From a phage, in sequence record PZ379184.1: DNA of 39,711 nt; one strand, written 5' to 3'. Of this stretch, positions 27,464 to 37,093 are shown one piece after another. The position numbers and the translations under genes are program-made. Within the stretch, counting starts at the first letter, position 1, and each line of letters opens with the position of its first letter. Under the pieces are notes generated by a model. That model did no database searches and was not told the origin of the DNA. It worked only from the letters and a program-made list of their open reading frames with translations.

Positions 27464-29746
27464 ATGGCTAGTAATATTGAATCAGCTCTGGCTAATCGGA
27501 CTATGGGTCGCGGCAGAGCGCCGGGTAAAACTATCGCCGTCAACTATCAAGCAGCCAACGTTCAGGCTCCGACTGGGGACTCCGGTCTGGCTCGTGCGTT
27601 AACCAACTTCGTTGAGTCTGGGACTGGATTGTACAAGCAGTTCAAGGACGAGGAGAAGACCAGAGCTGACGAGCGGTCTAACGAGATTATCCGTAAACTG
27701 ACACCTCAGCAAAGACGTGAGGCTATCCAGAACGGCACATTGCTGTATCAGGATGACCCTTACGCTATGGAAGCACTTCGAGTCAAGACTGGTCGTAATG
27801 CTGCCTTTTCTGTAGACGACGAGATTAACGTTAAGATTCAGAACGGTGAGTTCCGTACACGTCAGGACATGGAAGAGTATCGCCACCAGCGACTTCAGGA
27901 CGCCGCTAAGTCCTATGCTGAAGAGGCAGGTATTAACCCTACAGACGAGTTCTTCCAGCGTGGTTTCAACGATAACATCACAGACCGCAACATCGCTATC
28001 TACGGGTCATTCAATAAGTATTTCAGCAAGCAGTCTGAAGAGACAGCAATGTTGAACACTCGTATTGAGATGAACTCGTTCCTTAACGATGGGGACCTGA
28101 TGCGTTCGCCTGAGTCTGGAAAGACCTTCATGGCCTACCTTCGGGATGGACTAACGACTGCCGCTATCCCTTCGGACCAGCGAGCACGAGAGGTCATTGC
28201 CCAGACGGTCCGTGACGCAATCCAGAAGTCAGGCGGCTCAAACTTCCTACAGCAAGTACGAGGCGAGCGAATCACCCTTAACGGCGTGGATGCTACAGTC
28301 GAAGAGATTGTAGGACCTGATGTCTTCAACGCTGCTATTGTTGAGGCACAAGGAACTGAGTACAAGCTGGTGGCTAAGTATCAGGAAGACTTAGCGTTAG
28401 GCGTGCAGTCTGCGATTCTTCAGGACGACCCAACCATCGGTCTGGCCCAGATTCAAAAACTCAAGGAGCAGAACAACCTGCTTCAACCGGGTGAAGAACT
28501 CACACCTCAGCGTCAGATGCTTATTAATGCCGAAGCCAGCTTACTGGAAGCGGTAAAGCGTAAGTCCGCTGAACAGGCGAAGGAGAACACTAAGTTAATC
28601 CAGACCCAGAACAAGCAACTGGTCATAGACCAAGTATATCAGCGACGGCTGGCTGGTGACAACGTGTCCACTAACTATGAGGACCTTCCGGTCTCAGATG
28701 CTACAGGCGAGTTCAAGCGTTCTGACATGAACAATTATGCGTCTGCCAAGCTACAGCAGATTGACCAGATGGACATCCCTGAGGCTGCTAAAGACGCGCA
28801 AAAGGTTGCATTGTTAAGGGCTGACACTAACAATGGTCCGTTCCGTAATGCCTTCCAGACGCTGACTCAGGACGCTGCTGGTGAGTGGCAAGCTGCGGTC
28901 ATCCGTGGGCAGTACGACCCAGACAAGATGCAACGCTTCGAATCTCTTCGTCGTGCCTACACTCAGGACCCTTCAAGTTTTGCTGCTCTGTATCCTGACC
29001 AAGCTCAGTTGTTCTCTACGTTCGACCAGATGGACAAGATGGGTCTGGACCCTCAGACGATGATTGAAGCTGATAAGCAAGCTGCAAGTCAAAGCCGTGA
29101 GATGCGCATGGAGTCAGACAAGGCGTGGCAGGAGTTGAAGAACGACTCTCGGAATAAGGACCTTTCGCGTCTTCCTACGTCTCTAGACTCAAGTGCTCGT
29201 AAGGTCTGGGACTCATGGTACTATCGTACAGGTAACGCTGACGCTGCAACTCAGCAGACTCAACGCTGGCTGAATGAGAATACAGTAACGTTCCAGTCTG
29301 AAGGTTCTGACGGTAAGTCCATCGGCATGGTGTCCAAGCACCAGCTTATGGTAGGGGATAACCCAGAGTCATGGCAGGTTGGTCGAGACATTATCGACAC
29401 CGCTCGTAAGCAGCTCATTAAGGCCAACCCTTGGGTAGTGAACTCTCAGTTGTCCGTTGTTGAACAGAACGGCTCTATCTTCCTCCAAGACGCTACAGGG
29501 ACTATTCGTATTCGGTACGATAAAGAACTTGTAGGTAAACTCTACCGCGAACAACAGCAGAAGGCACAAGATGCCGCATACGCTCAGGCAGAACGTGACG
29601 CTAACAAGCGAGCGCGTATAGTCGGTACTAAAGCTGCTGGTGACAAACGTCGAGCTGACCGAGAGGCCAACATCGAGAAGCGCGGTGGGATGTATAATGA
29701 CGTCTCACTGGAGGGTATCGCAAACGTACTAATTGGTAAGGAGTAA
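27464..29746 (+). CDS. 15: Internal virion protein C (T7 gp15 homolog)
   Basis: 760 aa versus 747 aa in T7; gene order. Confidence 0.85.
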   Translation: MASNIESALANRTMGRGRAPGKTIAVNYQAANVQAPTGDSGLARALTNFVESGTGLYKQFKDEEKTRADERSNEIIRKLTPQQRREAIQNGTLLYQDDPYAMEALRVKTGRNAAFSVDDEINVKIQNGEFRTRQDMEEYRHQRLQDAAKSYAEEAGINPTDEFFQRGFNDNITDRNIAIYGSFNKYFSKQSEETAMLNTRIEMNSFLNDGDLMRSPESGKTFMAYLRDGLTTAAIPSDQRAREVIAQTVRDAIQKSGGSNFLQQVRGERITLNGVDATVEEIVGPDVFNAAIVEAQGTEYKLVAKYQEDLALGVQSAILQDDPTIGLAQIQKLKEQNNLLQPGEELTPQRQMLINAEASLLEAVKRKSAEQAKENTKLIQTQNKQLVIDQVYQRRLAGDNVSTNYEDLPVSDATGEFKRSDMNNYASAKLQQIDQMDIPEAAKDAQKVALLRADTNNGPFRNAFQTLTQDAAGEWQAAVIRGQYDPDKMQRFESLRRAYTQDPSSFAALYPDQAQLFSTFDQMDKMGLDPQTMIEADKQAASQSREMRMESDKAWQELKNDSRNKDLSRLPTSLDSSARKVWDSWYYRTGNADAATQQTQRWLNENTVTFQSEGSDGKSIGMVSKHQLMVGDNPESWQVGRDIIDTARKQLIKANPWVVNSQLSVVEQNGSIFLQDATGTIRIRYDKELVGKLYREQQQKAQDAAYAQAERDANKRARIVGTKAAGDKRRADREANIEKRGGMYNDVSLEGIANVLIGKE

Positions 29747-29750
29747 CATA

Positions 29751-32700
29751 ATGGCGACTCGTGGTATTCGCAATAACAATCCGGGTAACATCCGGGTAAG
29801 TAAGGACCAATGGGAAGGAATGACTGGAGATGATGGCGCATTCGTCACCTTCGATAGTCCAGAGTCTGGCGTCCGAGCTTTAGGTAAAAACCTGCTGTCC
29901 TACGGTCGCCAAGGCTATGACTCCATCGAGAAGATTATCAACCGATGGGCACCTCCTAACGAGAACGACACTAAGGCTTATATCGACTCAGTGGTGGCTG
30001 CAACTGGTATTCCAGCTACCCAGAGTCTCGACCTATCGAACCCGGACACCCTGTCTGCTCTGGCGCAAGCTATCAGCTTCCATGAGACAGGCTCCCGGTA
30101 CAATCCTGAAGTCTATCAGAAGGGAGTCGAAAGAGCACTTAACGGCATTAGCCCAAAGACTCCACCAGTAAGCGCTAACGTATTTGACGCACTCACGGAA
30201 GGACTCAAGGCTAAACCTAAAGTAGCTCTGGGTGAGAACCTTCCGACCGCTGCTGGTCTAAACATTGAGGGTCAAGCACCTGAAGCTCCCAACGAATCGT
30301 TCGGTGAGATGTTCTATAAGTCTACTGGCGAGACCATGCAGGAACGAGAGGATCGTTCTACGTGGTTCGGTTTCGACTCGGCTACAGAAGCTGAAGTGAA
30401 GAACTCTATGGTCGGCGTGGCTATCCGCGCTGGTCAGACCGAGGACTCACTTGATGTCATTGGTGATGTGTTCAACCCTACCCGCTGGAACAACCATAAG
30501 TGGTCTCGTGAGGAGCTGGACCAGATTCGTAACGCTGGAGTTCTCCCTCAGTATTACGGTGTCATTACTGGTGGCTCTCCTCAGAACCTGACCGAGCTTA
30601 TTAACTTGGCGCTTGAGAACCAGAAGTTGGACCAAGAGAAGGCCAAGGCTGGGACTGGTGCTCAGCTAGCAGCTGGTGTGATTGGGGCTGGTGTAGACCC
30701 GCTGACCTACGTTCCTATCGCTGGACAGGTTGGCAAAGGTGCGAAGCTGGTCAACAAGATGTTCACCGTGGCTGCTCAATCTGGAGCACTTGCTGGTGTA
30801 TCAGAGATGGCCCGTACCTCAGTGGCTGGTGGGGATGCTCATGTGGCTGAAGCTATCCTTGGTGGTGCTCTCTTTGGTGGTGGTATGACTGCCATAGCTG
30901 ATGGGTTAGGCAGAGCCTTAGGTCGCAACACTAATGAGTTTGCTGGCCCAGCTACACGTCTGGAAGCTCGTGAGACCGCTCGTAACGTTGATGGTCAGGA
31001 CCTGTCTCGTCTTCCTATTCAGGAAGGTGAGCAGACCTTTAGTCATCAAGGCGTTAAGTTCGCTGACGTTCCTAATGAGCCGGGAAGTGTACGATTAGAA
31101 GATGGTTCAATCCTGATTGGTGAGAACCCTCTGAACCCTAAGACACGTCAAGTCTTCGACGAAGTGATTGAGCCGGAGCGTGCCGCTGCTGGTGTGAACC
31201 TTGGTGGACTTACCGAGATTGGACTGAAGCTGCTTCGGTCTGAGAACCCTGAGATTCGTGGAGTAGCTGCTGACTTAGTTCGTTCACCGACTGGTATGCA
31301 GTCTGGGGCCTCAGGTAAAATAGGGACAACTGCGTCAGACGTGTTCGAGAGACTTCGTGCTGTGGACCATCGGTTTTACAACGACATCGACGATGCGGTT
31401 ACTGAGGCGCTAAAGGACCCGTACTTCCAGACAGCATTCTGGAGAGACTCTGGAGCATTCCGTCAGGACATCTACCAGCGCGTGTCTATGGCTATCGAAG
31501 ATGGTAGCGGAAACCTGAAGGCTGAACTGACTCCGGGAGAACTGAAAGTCTATGACCTGCTGAAGAACCAGTTCGACGCCAAGCGTGAGATGATGGAGAA
31601 CCCAGCTATGTTTGGTCGCCCAGACGCTCAGCCTATCTTTCCGGGTAGCCGCTTCAAGGGGACCTACGTCCCTCATGTGTATAGCAAACAGATGAAGGAG
31701 CTGTACATCAAGGAGCTTGGGAGTCCAGAGGCGTTGCAGGAGGCCATCAAGAAGTCATGGTTGACCAGCTATGCGTCTCGACCTGAAGTCAAGAAACGCG
31801 TGGACGAGGCACTCTTAGAGGCTGACCCTACGTTGACTCCAGAGGGACTTGCTGCTGCGGTCGATAAGTACGCCAACGATAAGGCTTACGGTATCTCTCA
31901 CACCGAGCAGTTCGAACGTTCATCCGTAATGGAAGAGAACATCAACGGTCTGGTTGGTCTGGAGAACAACAGCTTCCTTGAGGCTCGTAACCTGTTCGAT
32001 AGTGATATGTCAATCGTCCTGCCTAACGGTCAGACCTTCAGTGTCAACAACCTGCGTGAGTGGGACATGGACAAGATTGTCCCGGCCTACAACCGTCGAG
32101 TTAATGGCGATATTGCTATCATGGCTGGTACAGGCAAAACCACGAAGGACATGAAGGACTTGGTTGAGACGATGATGAACAAGGCTGGGGATGACGGTAA
32201 GTTGAAAGGTGAGGTATCTACCTTACGTGACACCCTGAAGATTCTCACTGGTCGTGCTCGACGTGATGGTGCTGATGATGCTGCCTTCGCTACCGTGATG
32301 CGCACGATGACAGACCTATCGTTCTTCGCTAAGAATGCCTACATGGGTGTTCAGAACTTAACGGAGATTGGTGGTATGCTGGCTCGCGGTAACGTTCGTG
32401 CAATGCTTCATGGAGTCCCGATGTTCCGTGACCTAGCCTTCCGTAACAAGAAGGTCGGAGCCTCAGAGATTAAGGACCTTCACAATGTTCTCTTCGGTAA
32501 GGAACTTGATGACTCAATCCGCCCGTCTAAACAGGATGTCATTGACCGTCTGCGCTCCTATAGCGACCTAGGTCGCGGGGCAGCTACAGCTCTGGGGACT
32601 GCCAAGTATTACACTGGTGAACTTGCAGTGCGCTCTCCGTTCACTAAAGTCCTCAACGGTACGACCAACTACCTGTTAGATGCTGGACGTCAAGGCTTCC

Positions 32701-33638
32701 TGTCTGACATCGTGGAGCATAGCCTGACTGGCAGTAAGCGTAAGTTCGATGACCGCTGGCTGAAGACCGCTGGTATCTCTGACGAGCAGTGGAAGGGCAT
32801 TAAGTCCCTAATCCGTGAGTCAGTGACTCGTGGTCCAGACGGGAAGTATACCATCAAGGATAAGAAGGCATTCAGTCAGGACCCAAGGGCTATGGACCTG
32901 TGGCGTATGGGTGATACCATCGCTGACGAAACGTTACTCCGTCCTCATAAGCTGTCCAACATGGACGCCAAGGCTTATGGCCCACTCGCTAAGACTGTCC
33001 TTCAGTTTAAGAACTTCGTCATCAAGTCCATCAATGGGCGAACCATGCGTACCTTCTATAACGCCACGAAGAACAACCGAGCGATTGACGCTGCACTATC
33101 GACCGTGATGTCTATGGGTCTGGCTGGTATCTACTACATGGCTCAGGCGCACGTCAAGGCTTATGCTATGCAGGATGGTCGAGACCGAGATTATCTCAAG
33201 CAAGCTCTGGACCCAACGATGATTGGCTATGCGGCCCTGTCCCGTAGTTCACATCTGGGTGGACCACTTGGGGTAGCTAACATTCTAGGTGGCATCGCTG
33301 GGTATGAGGACACTAAGATGCTCCGTTCGTCTATCCTACCTCGTTCTCCTACAGAGAAGCCTGAACGTGCCATCGCGTATGGTGCAGCTACAAGTGACCC
33401 TGTGATGAATGTTGTTGGTAACTTCTTGGAGCAGGTTCCAGCTTTCGGATATGCTGCTAACGTTGGCGCTTCGGCTTACAACTTGGCTGGCTACCTCAAG
33501 GCTGATACTCGTGTTAACGAGCGTGACTACATGACCGGGATGTATAATACGTTCCGTGAACTGGTTCCGAACGACCCAATTACCCAGAAACTATTGCTTG
33601 GAACGTTTGAGGAGCAGGGTATCCACATCAAGGACTAA
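29751..33638 (+). CDS. 16: Internal virion protein D (T7 gp16 homolog) with a divergent N-terminal domain
   Basis: Residues after about 200 are collinear with recalled T7 gp16 (SVAGGDA, RLEARETARN, DLVRSPTGMQSGASGK, ILTGRARR, C-terminal VPNDP). The N-terminal 130 aa (GIRNNNPGNIR...) do not match the T7 SLT domain. Start at ATG 29751 after SD AAGGAG. Confidence 0.9.
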   Translation: MATRGIRNNNPGNIRVSKDQWEGMTGDDGAFVTFDSPESGVRALGKNLLSYGRQGYDSIEKIINRWAPPNENDTKAYIDSVVAATGIPATQSLDLSNPDTLSALAQAISFHETGSRYNPEVYQKGVERALNGISPKTPPVSANVFDALTEGLKAKPKVALGENLPTAAGLNIEGQAPEAPNESFGEMFYKSTGETMQEREDRSTWFGFDSATEAEVKNSMVGVAIRAGQTEDSLDVIGDVFNPTRWNNHKWSREELDQIRNAGVLPQYYGVITGGSPQNLTELINLALENQKLDQEKAKAGTGAQLAAGVIGAGVDPLTYVPIAGQVGKGAKLVNKMFTVAAQSGALAGVSEMARTSVAGGDAHVAEAILGGALFGGGMTAIADGLGRALGRNTNEFAGPATRLEARETARNVDGQDLSRLPIQEGEQTFSHQGVKFADVPNEPGSVRLEDGSILIGENPLNPKTRQVFDEVIEPERAAAGVNLGGLTEIGLKLLRSENPEIRGVAADLVRSPTGMQSGASGKIGTTASDVFERLRAVDHRFYNDIDDAVTEALKDPYFQTAFWRDSGAFRQDIYQRVSMAIEDGSGNLKAELTPGELKVYDLLKNQFDAKREMMENPAMFGRPDAQPIFPGSRFKGTYVPHVYSKQMKELYIKELGSPEALQEAIKKSWLTSYASRPEVKKRVDEALLEADPTLTPEGLAAAVDKYANDKAYGISHTEQFERSSVMEENINGLVGLENNSFLEARNLFDSDMSIVLPNGQTFSVNNLREWDMDKIVPAYNRRVNGDIAIMAGTGKTTKDMKDLVETMMNKAGDDGKLKGEVSTLRDTLKILTGRARRDGADDAAFATVMRTMTDLSFFAKNAYMGVQNLTEIGGMLARGNVRAMLHGVPMFRDLAFRNKKVGASEIKDLHNVLFGKELDDSIRPSKQDVIDRLRSYSDLGRGAATALGTAKYYTGELAVRSPFTKVLNGTTNYLLDAGRQGFLSDIVEHSLTGSKRKFDDRWLKTAGISDEQWKGIKSLIRESVTRGPDGKYTIKDKKAFSQDPRAMDLWRMGDTIADETLLRPHKLSNMDAKAYGPLAKTVLQFKNFVIKSINGRTMRTFYNATKNNRAIDAALSTVMSMGLAGIYYMAQAHVKAYAMQDGRDRDYLKQALDPTMIGYAALSRSSHLGGPLGVANILGGIAGYEDTKMLRSSILPRSPTEKPERAIAYGAATSDPVMNVVGNFLEQVPAFGYAANVGASAYNLAGYLKADTRVNERDYMTGMYNTFRELVPNDPITQKLLLGTFEEQGIHIKD

Positions 33639-33656
33639 ACTATCACTATAGGAAAC
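33634..33656 (+). promoter_or_regulatory. Phage RNAP promoter (phi17 position)
   Basis: TAAACTATCACTATAGGAAAC. Confidence 0.8.
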
Positions 33657-33702
33657 TGGAGGCGCTACCATAGGTCTCCATTTAAATCACAAAGGAGGCA
33701 TA

Positions 33703-35976
33703 ATGTCCACGATTACACAATTCCCTTCAGGAAACACTCAGTACAGGATTGAGTTCGACTACCTAGCCAGAACGTTTGTTGTTGTTACTCTGGTGAATAG
33801 CTCTAACCCTACCCTGAACCGTGTACTGGAAGTTGGTAGAGATTACCGATTCATTAATCCAACGGTGATTGAGATGTTGATTGACCAATCGGGTTTCGAC
33901 ATCGTTCGTATTCACCGTCAGACTGGAACTGACTTAGTGGTAGACTTCAGGAATGGCTCAGTATTGACAGCTAGTGACCTGACCAATGCAGAGCTTCAGG
34001 CTATCCATATTGCAGAAGAAGGTCGAGACCAAACTGTTGACTTAGCGAAGGAATATGCCGATGCTGCTGGTAGCTCTGCTGACAACGCTAAGGATAGCGA
34101 GGACGAAGCACGACGAATCGCTGATAGTATCAAGGCATCTGGTCTAATTGGCTATATTACCCGTCGCTCCTTCGAGAAAGGCTTCAACGTTACAACATGG
34201 AACGAGGTCCTGCTATGGGAAGAGGATGGTGGGTATTACCGCTGGGATGGTGCTCTTCCAAAGAACGTTCCTGTCGGTTCGACCCCTGAAGCTACTGGAG
34301 GTGTTGGTCTGGGTGCATGGGTTAGCGTTGGTGATGCGTCATTACTAGCAAGGCTAAAAAGCAATAGCGCTGGTGAGGGCGCCTCCCTTATTACATTTGA
34401 AAATGGCAATTCTGTTGAGAGTCTTTCCGACAGTGATGGTGCTAAAAACATAGGTAGTGGTGGGAGAAGTTTGCATGAACGTAATAATGATATTAAGCAT
34501 TCTGGGGATTTCCCTACCTTACAAGCTGCGATAGATTCATCGTTACCAAAAAATGACTTACTTATTTCCCCTGGTGAATATACTGAAAAAGTTACTATTG
34601 GTAACGCACAGTTAAAAGGCGTTGGTGGGGCTGCAGTACTAAAAACACCAGCAGACTTTACAAACACTGTTCAGGTTAATTCATCTACACCCCATTGGCA
34701 ATTCCGCCATAGTGGTGGTTTTGCTATAGATGGCTCTGGAACAATCGGGAGCGCAGGCATTAGTTTTGACCCGTCAGACCAATATTCTGGGCGCCATAAT
34801 TTTAGTGATGTATACATCCACAACATCAATAAGGCCCTTCAGAAGCCTTCCGGGAACATCGGTAATACATGGAGAAATATTGGGATATCTACGTGTGATT
34901 GGGGTTACTGGGCGCAGTCTGCTTCTGAGATGCACTTAGGCACCGATACCCTTCAGAACATGCACTTTGATGGCATTAGTACTTACTGCGTTTATATGAA
35001 TGCTACAGTAGGTGCAGTGCCGGGTACATTCGGAGGTGGGGTAGGCGGTTGGTGGATTAAGGATAGTATCATGGAATCCTCTGGCGGCGGTGGCATCTAT
35101 CTCAAGAACAAGGCCGGAGACTGTCCTTCTGCTCCGTGCGGTGTATCCAATGTATGGGTGGAAGCTATCGCTACTACCCCAGCTGTTAATGTAGATGGCG
35201 TAGCTCAGAAGCCTCGTGTGCTTAAGCTCATTGACACCAGTATCTTCTTTGCAGAGTACACGTATCTGAACAACGTAGAGCTTCAGAACTCCAACCTTGT
35301 TGCTTATGGATGTCGTGTAGATAACTCAGATGGACACATGGATATCTCTGTAGATGCCAGCAGCAGCTTTGTGGCTGAGCAATTGTACCTGAACGGTAGT
35401 TCTGGCAAGGATGTAATGGTGCGCTCTGTAGCGGCCCAGACGGGTATGATTGGGCAGAGCTGGACACCTAATATGAGTATGCGTGGTTACCTGCCGGAAG
35501 GATACATCTATCGAGTATCTGGTAATAAGCTAGTAGCTAAACCATTCGATAGCGGTACTGCTGTGTTCGGCGGTACGGCAAGCAGTTCTGGCAGCTTGCA
35601 CCCACAAGGACAGTTATCCCAGAACTGCATGTATTTTGAATTCCAAGGTGCTGCTGAGTTTGAACTTACTGATGCAGCATGGCAGGTAACCTCAGGTAAT
35701 TGGTACGTATGGGGCATTAGCACTGAGCTGCTTCAGGGAACTCCTGCGAGCTTCCGTATTGGTGGGGATATCGGCGTAGGTGAAGTCTTTACTAAGCAGG
35801 GTCAGTGGGTGAGTACCTTCGGCGTAGCTCAAGCAAGTGCTTCAGGTGCAGTGAACCTCAGACTAAGTACTGCTGCAGGTGGCGTAGTAATGCGCTTAGC
35901 TGACTACTTTGTTGCTGAGTTCGCTACTCAGGCAGAGGCTATGCGCTTCGTGAACAGTAGGCGTGCTCTGCGTTAA
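33703..35976 (+). CDS. 17: Tail fibre / tailspike protein (gp17 homolog); N-terminal adaptor plus divergent C-terminal receptor-binding domain
   Basis: N-terminal 150 aa share FDYLARTFVVVTL, DYRF, LVDF.NGS.L.A.DL, IHIAEE with recalled T7 gp17. The C-terminal 600 aa are Gly/Ser/Asn-rich with no T7 counterpart. Confidence 0.88.
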   Translation: MSTITQFPSGNTQYRIEFDYLARTFVVVTLVNSSNPTLNRVLEVGRDYRFINPTVIEMLIDQSGFDIVRIHRQTGTDLVVDFRNGSVLTASDLTNAELQAIHIAEEGRDQTVDLAKEYADAAGSSADNAKDSEDEARRIADSIKASGLIGYITRRSFEKGFNVTTWNEVLLWEEDGGYYRWDGALPKNVPVGSTPEATGGVGLGAWVSVGDASLLARLKSNSAGEGASLITFENGNSVESLSDSDGAKNIGSGGRSLHERNNDIKHSGDFPTLQAAIDSSLPKNDLLISPGEYTEKVTIGNAQLKGVGGAAVLKTPADFTNTVQVNSSTPHWQFRHSGGFAIDGSGTIGSAGISFDPSDQYSGRHNFSDVYIHNINKALQKPSGNIGNTWRNIGISTCDWGYWAQSASEMHLGTDTLQNMHFDGISTYCVYMNATVGAVPGTFGGGVGGWWIKDSIMESSGGGGIYLKNKAGDCPSAPCGVSNVWVEAIATTPAVNVDGVAQKPRVLKLIDTSIFFAEYTYLNNVELQNSNLVAYGCRVDNSDGHMDISVDASSSFVAEQLYLNGSSGKDVMVRSVAAQTGMIGQSWTPNMSMRGYLPEGYIYRVSGNKLVAKPFDSGTAVFGGTASSSGSLHPQGQLSQNCMYFEFQGAAEFELTDAAWQVTSGNWYVWGISTELLQGTPASFRIGGDIGVGEVFTKQGQWVSTFGVAQASASGAVNLRLSTAAGGVVMRLADYFVAEFATQAEAMRFVNSRRALR

Positions 35977-36087
35977 GTGTACTGGAATTACTATTGGTGG
36001 TTCAGGTGCGTGAGTAGTTACTTTATCGCCGACCAACGTATGTAACAACTTTGGGTCACGGACGACCCGCTTTAAACTGGAGGTTTT

Positions 36088-36282
36088 ATGATTGAGTTAG
36101 ACTTCAAGAATGAGGTCCTTAAAGCCTCTCCTATCGTCGGGACCGCTGCGGCTGATGGTGCCAGTCGGTTCTTCTTCGGACTTACACTGAACGAATGGTT
36201 CTACGTTGCAGCTATCGCGTACACCGTTGTCCAGATTGGTGTGCTAGTCTACAAAACGATTAAAGGAGGTGGTAAAACATGA
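36088..36282 (+). CDS. 17.5: Holin (T7 gp17.5 homolog)
   Basis: LDFKNEVLKASPIVGT and FFFGLTLNEWFYVAAIAYTVVQIG match recalled T7 gp17.5. Confidence 0.9.
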   Translation: MIELDFKNEVLKASPIVGTAAADGASRFFFGLTLNEWFYVAAIAYTVVQIGVLVYKTIKGGGKT

Positions 36283-36542
36283 CGCAGATGGACTTAGAGA
36301 AGTTCCTCTTGATGCTTGATACTGAACGTGCTCGACTCATGCTGCAAGACTTGCGGGATGACACTAAGCGTTCACCTCAGCTCTACAACTCCATTGAGAA
36401 GCTGCTTGCTCGTCACAACTTTGTGTTAAGCAAGGTGTCTGTGGACGAGAAGACGCTGGCTGATATGGAGGCCCTGAACGCAGAGTACGATAGGGTTCTT
36501 TCAGCGACTGAGGATAATGACACAGGGTATGGTGTTCAATAA
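36279..36542 (+). CDS. 18: Terminase small subunit (T7 gp18 homolog)
   Basis: LLMLDTERARLMLQDL and KRSPQLYNSIEKLLARH match recalled T7 gp18. Confidence 0.88.
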   Translation: MTQMDLEKFLLMLDTERARLMLQDLRDDTKRSPQLYNSIEKLLARHNFVLSKVSVDEKTLADMEALNAEYDRVLSATEDNDTGYGVQ

Positions 36543-36547
36543 GTGTT

Positions 36548-36588
36548 AGACTCAAGGTCATTACTATATGTAGTGGCCTTTATGGTTA
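36548..36588 (+). promoter_or_regulatory. RNase III processing site candidate (R18.5-like)
   Basis: AGACTCAAGGTCATTACTATATGTAGTGGCCTTTATGGTTA; third copy of the conserved element. Confidence 0.65.
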
Positions 36589-36643
36589 ACACTAACTAGT
36601 GGAGGCAACTCTACGTGAAATCTGATAAACCGGGAGGGCAACT

Positions 36644-37093
36644 ATGCTCGAATTTTTAAAGAGAGCGGCTCCGTGGTTACTTGCAGCAGTGATGTTTGCT
36701 GGTGGCTACCACACCGCTAACAATAAGTGGGAGGCTAAGGTCAATGCAGAATACACCTCGAATCTTAAGGCATCGGAAGATACAAGGCTTGCTGTCCAAG
36801 CTGAAGTCAACAAAGTGTCCAAACGGTTTCAGGACGAAATGTCCTCGTTGGAAGGCAGCACTGATAGGATTATTGCTGACCTTCAGTCTGACAATAAGCG
36901 GCTGCGCATCCGAGTCAAACCAACGAGTGGAACCACGCAAAGTGACGGTCGATGCGTCATTGATGGTTACGCCGAACTTGACGAACGAGATGCTAAACGT
37001 CTTATCGCCATCGGAGTGAAAGGAGACAAGTGGATTAAGGCCCTTCAGGACACTGTGAGAGCCTTGCAGCAAGATAAGGAGGTGACGCATTGA
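36644..37093 (+). CDS. 18.5: i-spanin (Rz-like, T7 gp18.5 homolog)
   Basis: N-terminal transmembrane segment [11 protein letters not shown]; 149 aa; encloses the Rz1-like ORF in the +1 frame. Confidence 0.85.
   Translation: MLEFLKRAAPWLLAAVMFAGGYHTANNKWEAKVNAEYTSNLKASEDTRLAVQAEVNKVSKRFQDEMSSLEGSTDRIIADLQSDNKRLRIRVKPTSGTTQSDGRCVIDGYAELDERDAKRLIAIGVKGDKWIKALQDTVRALQQDKEVTH
36744..37019 (+). CDS. 18.7: o-spanin lipoprotein (Rz1-like, gp18.7 position), embedded in the Rz gene
   Basis: Signal peptide plus lipobox [12 protein letters not shown]; start assumed at the Met of MQNTPRIL (track ORF opens at 36696). Confidence 0.75.
   Translation: MQNTPRILRHRKIQGLLSKLKSTKCPNGFRTKCPRWKAALIGLLLTFSLTISGCASESNQRVEPRKVTVDASLMVTPNLTNEMLNVLSPSE

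Noticed and set aside
36053-36069. Hairpin GGGTC..GACCC between tail fibre and holin genes as a terminator
   Set aside because: Short 5-bp stem without a following U-tract; weak evidence.
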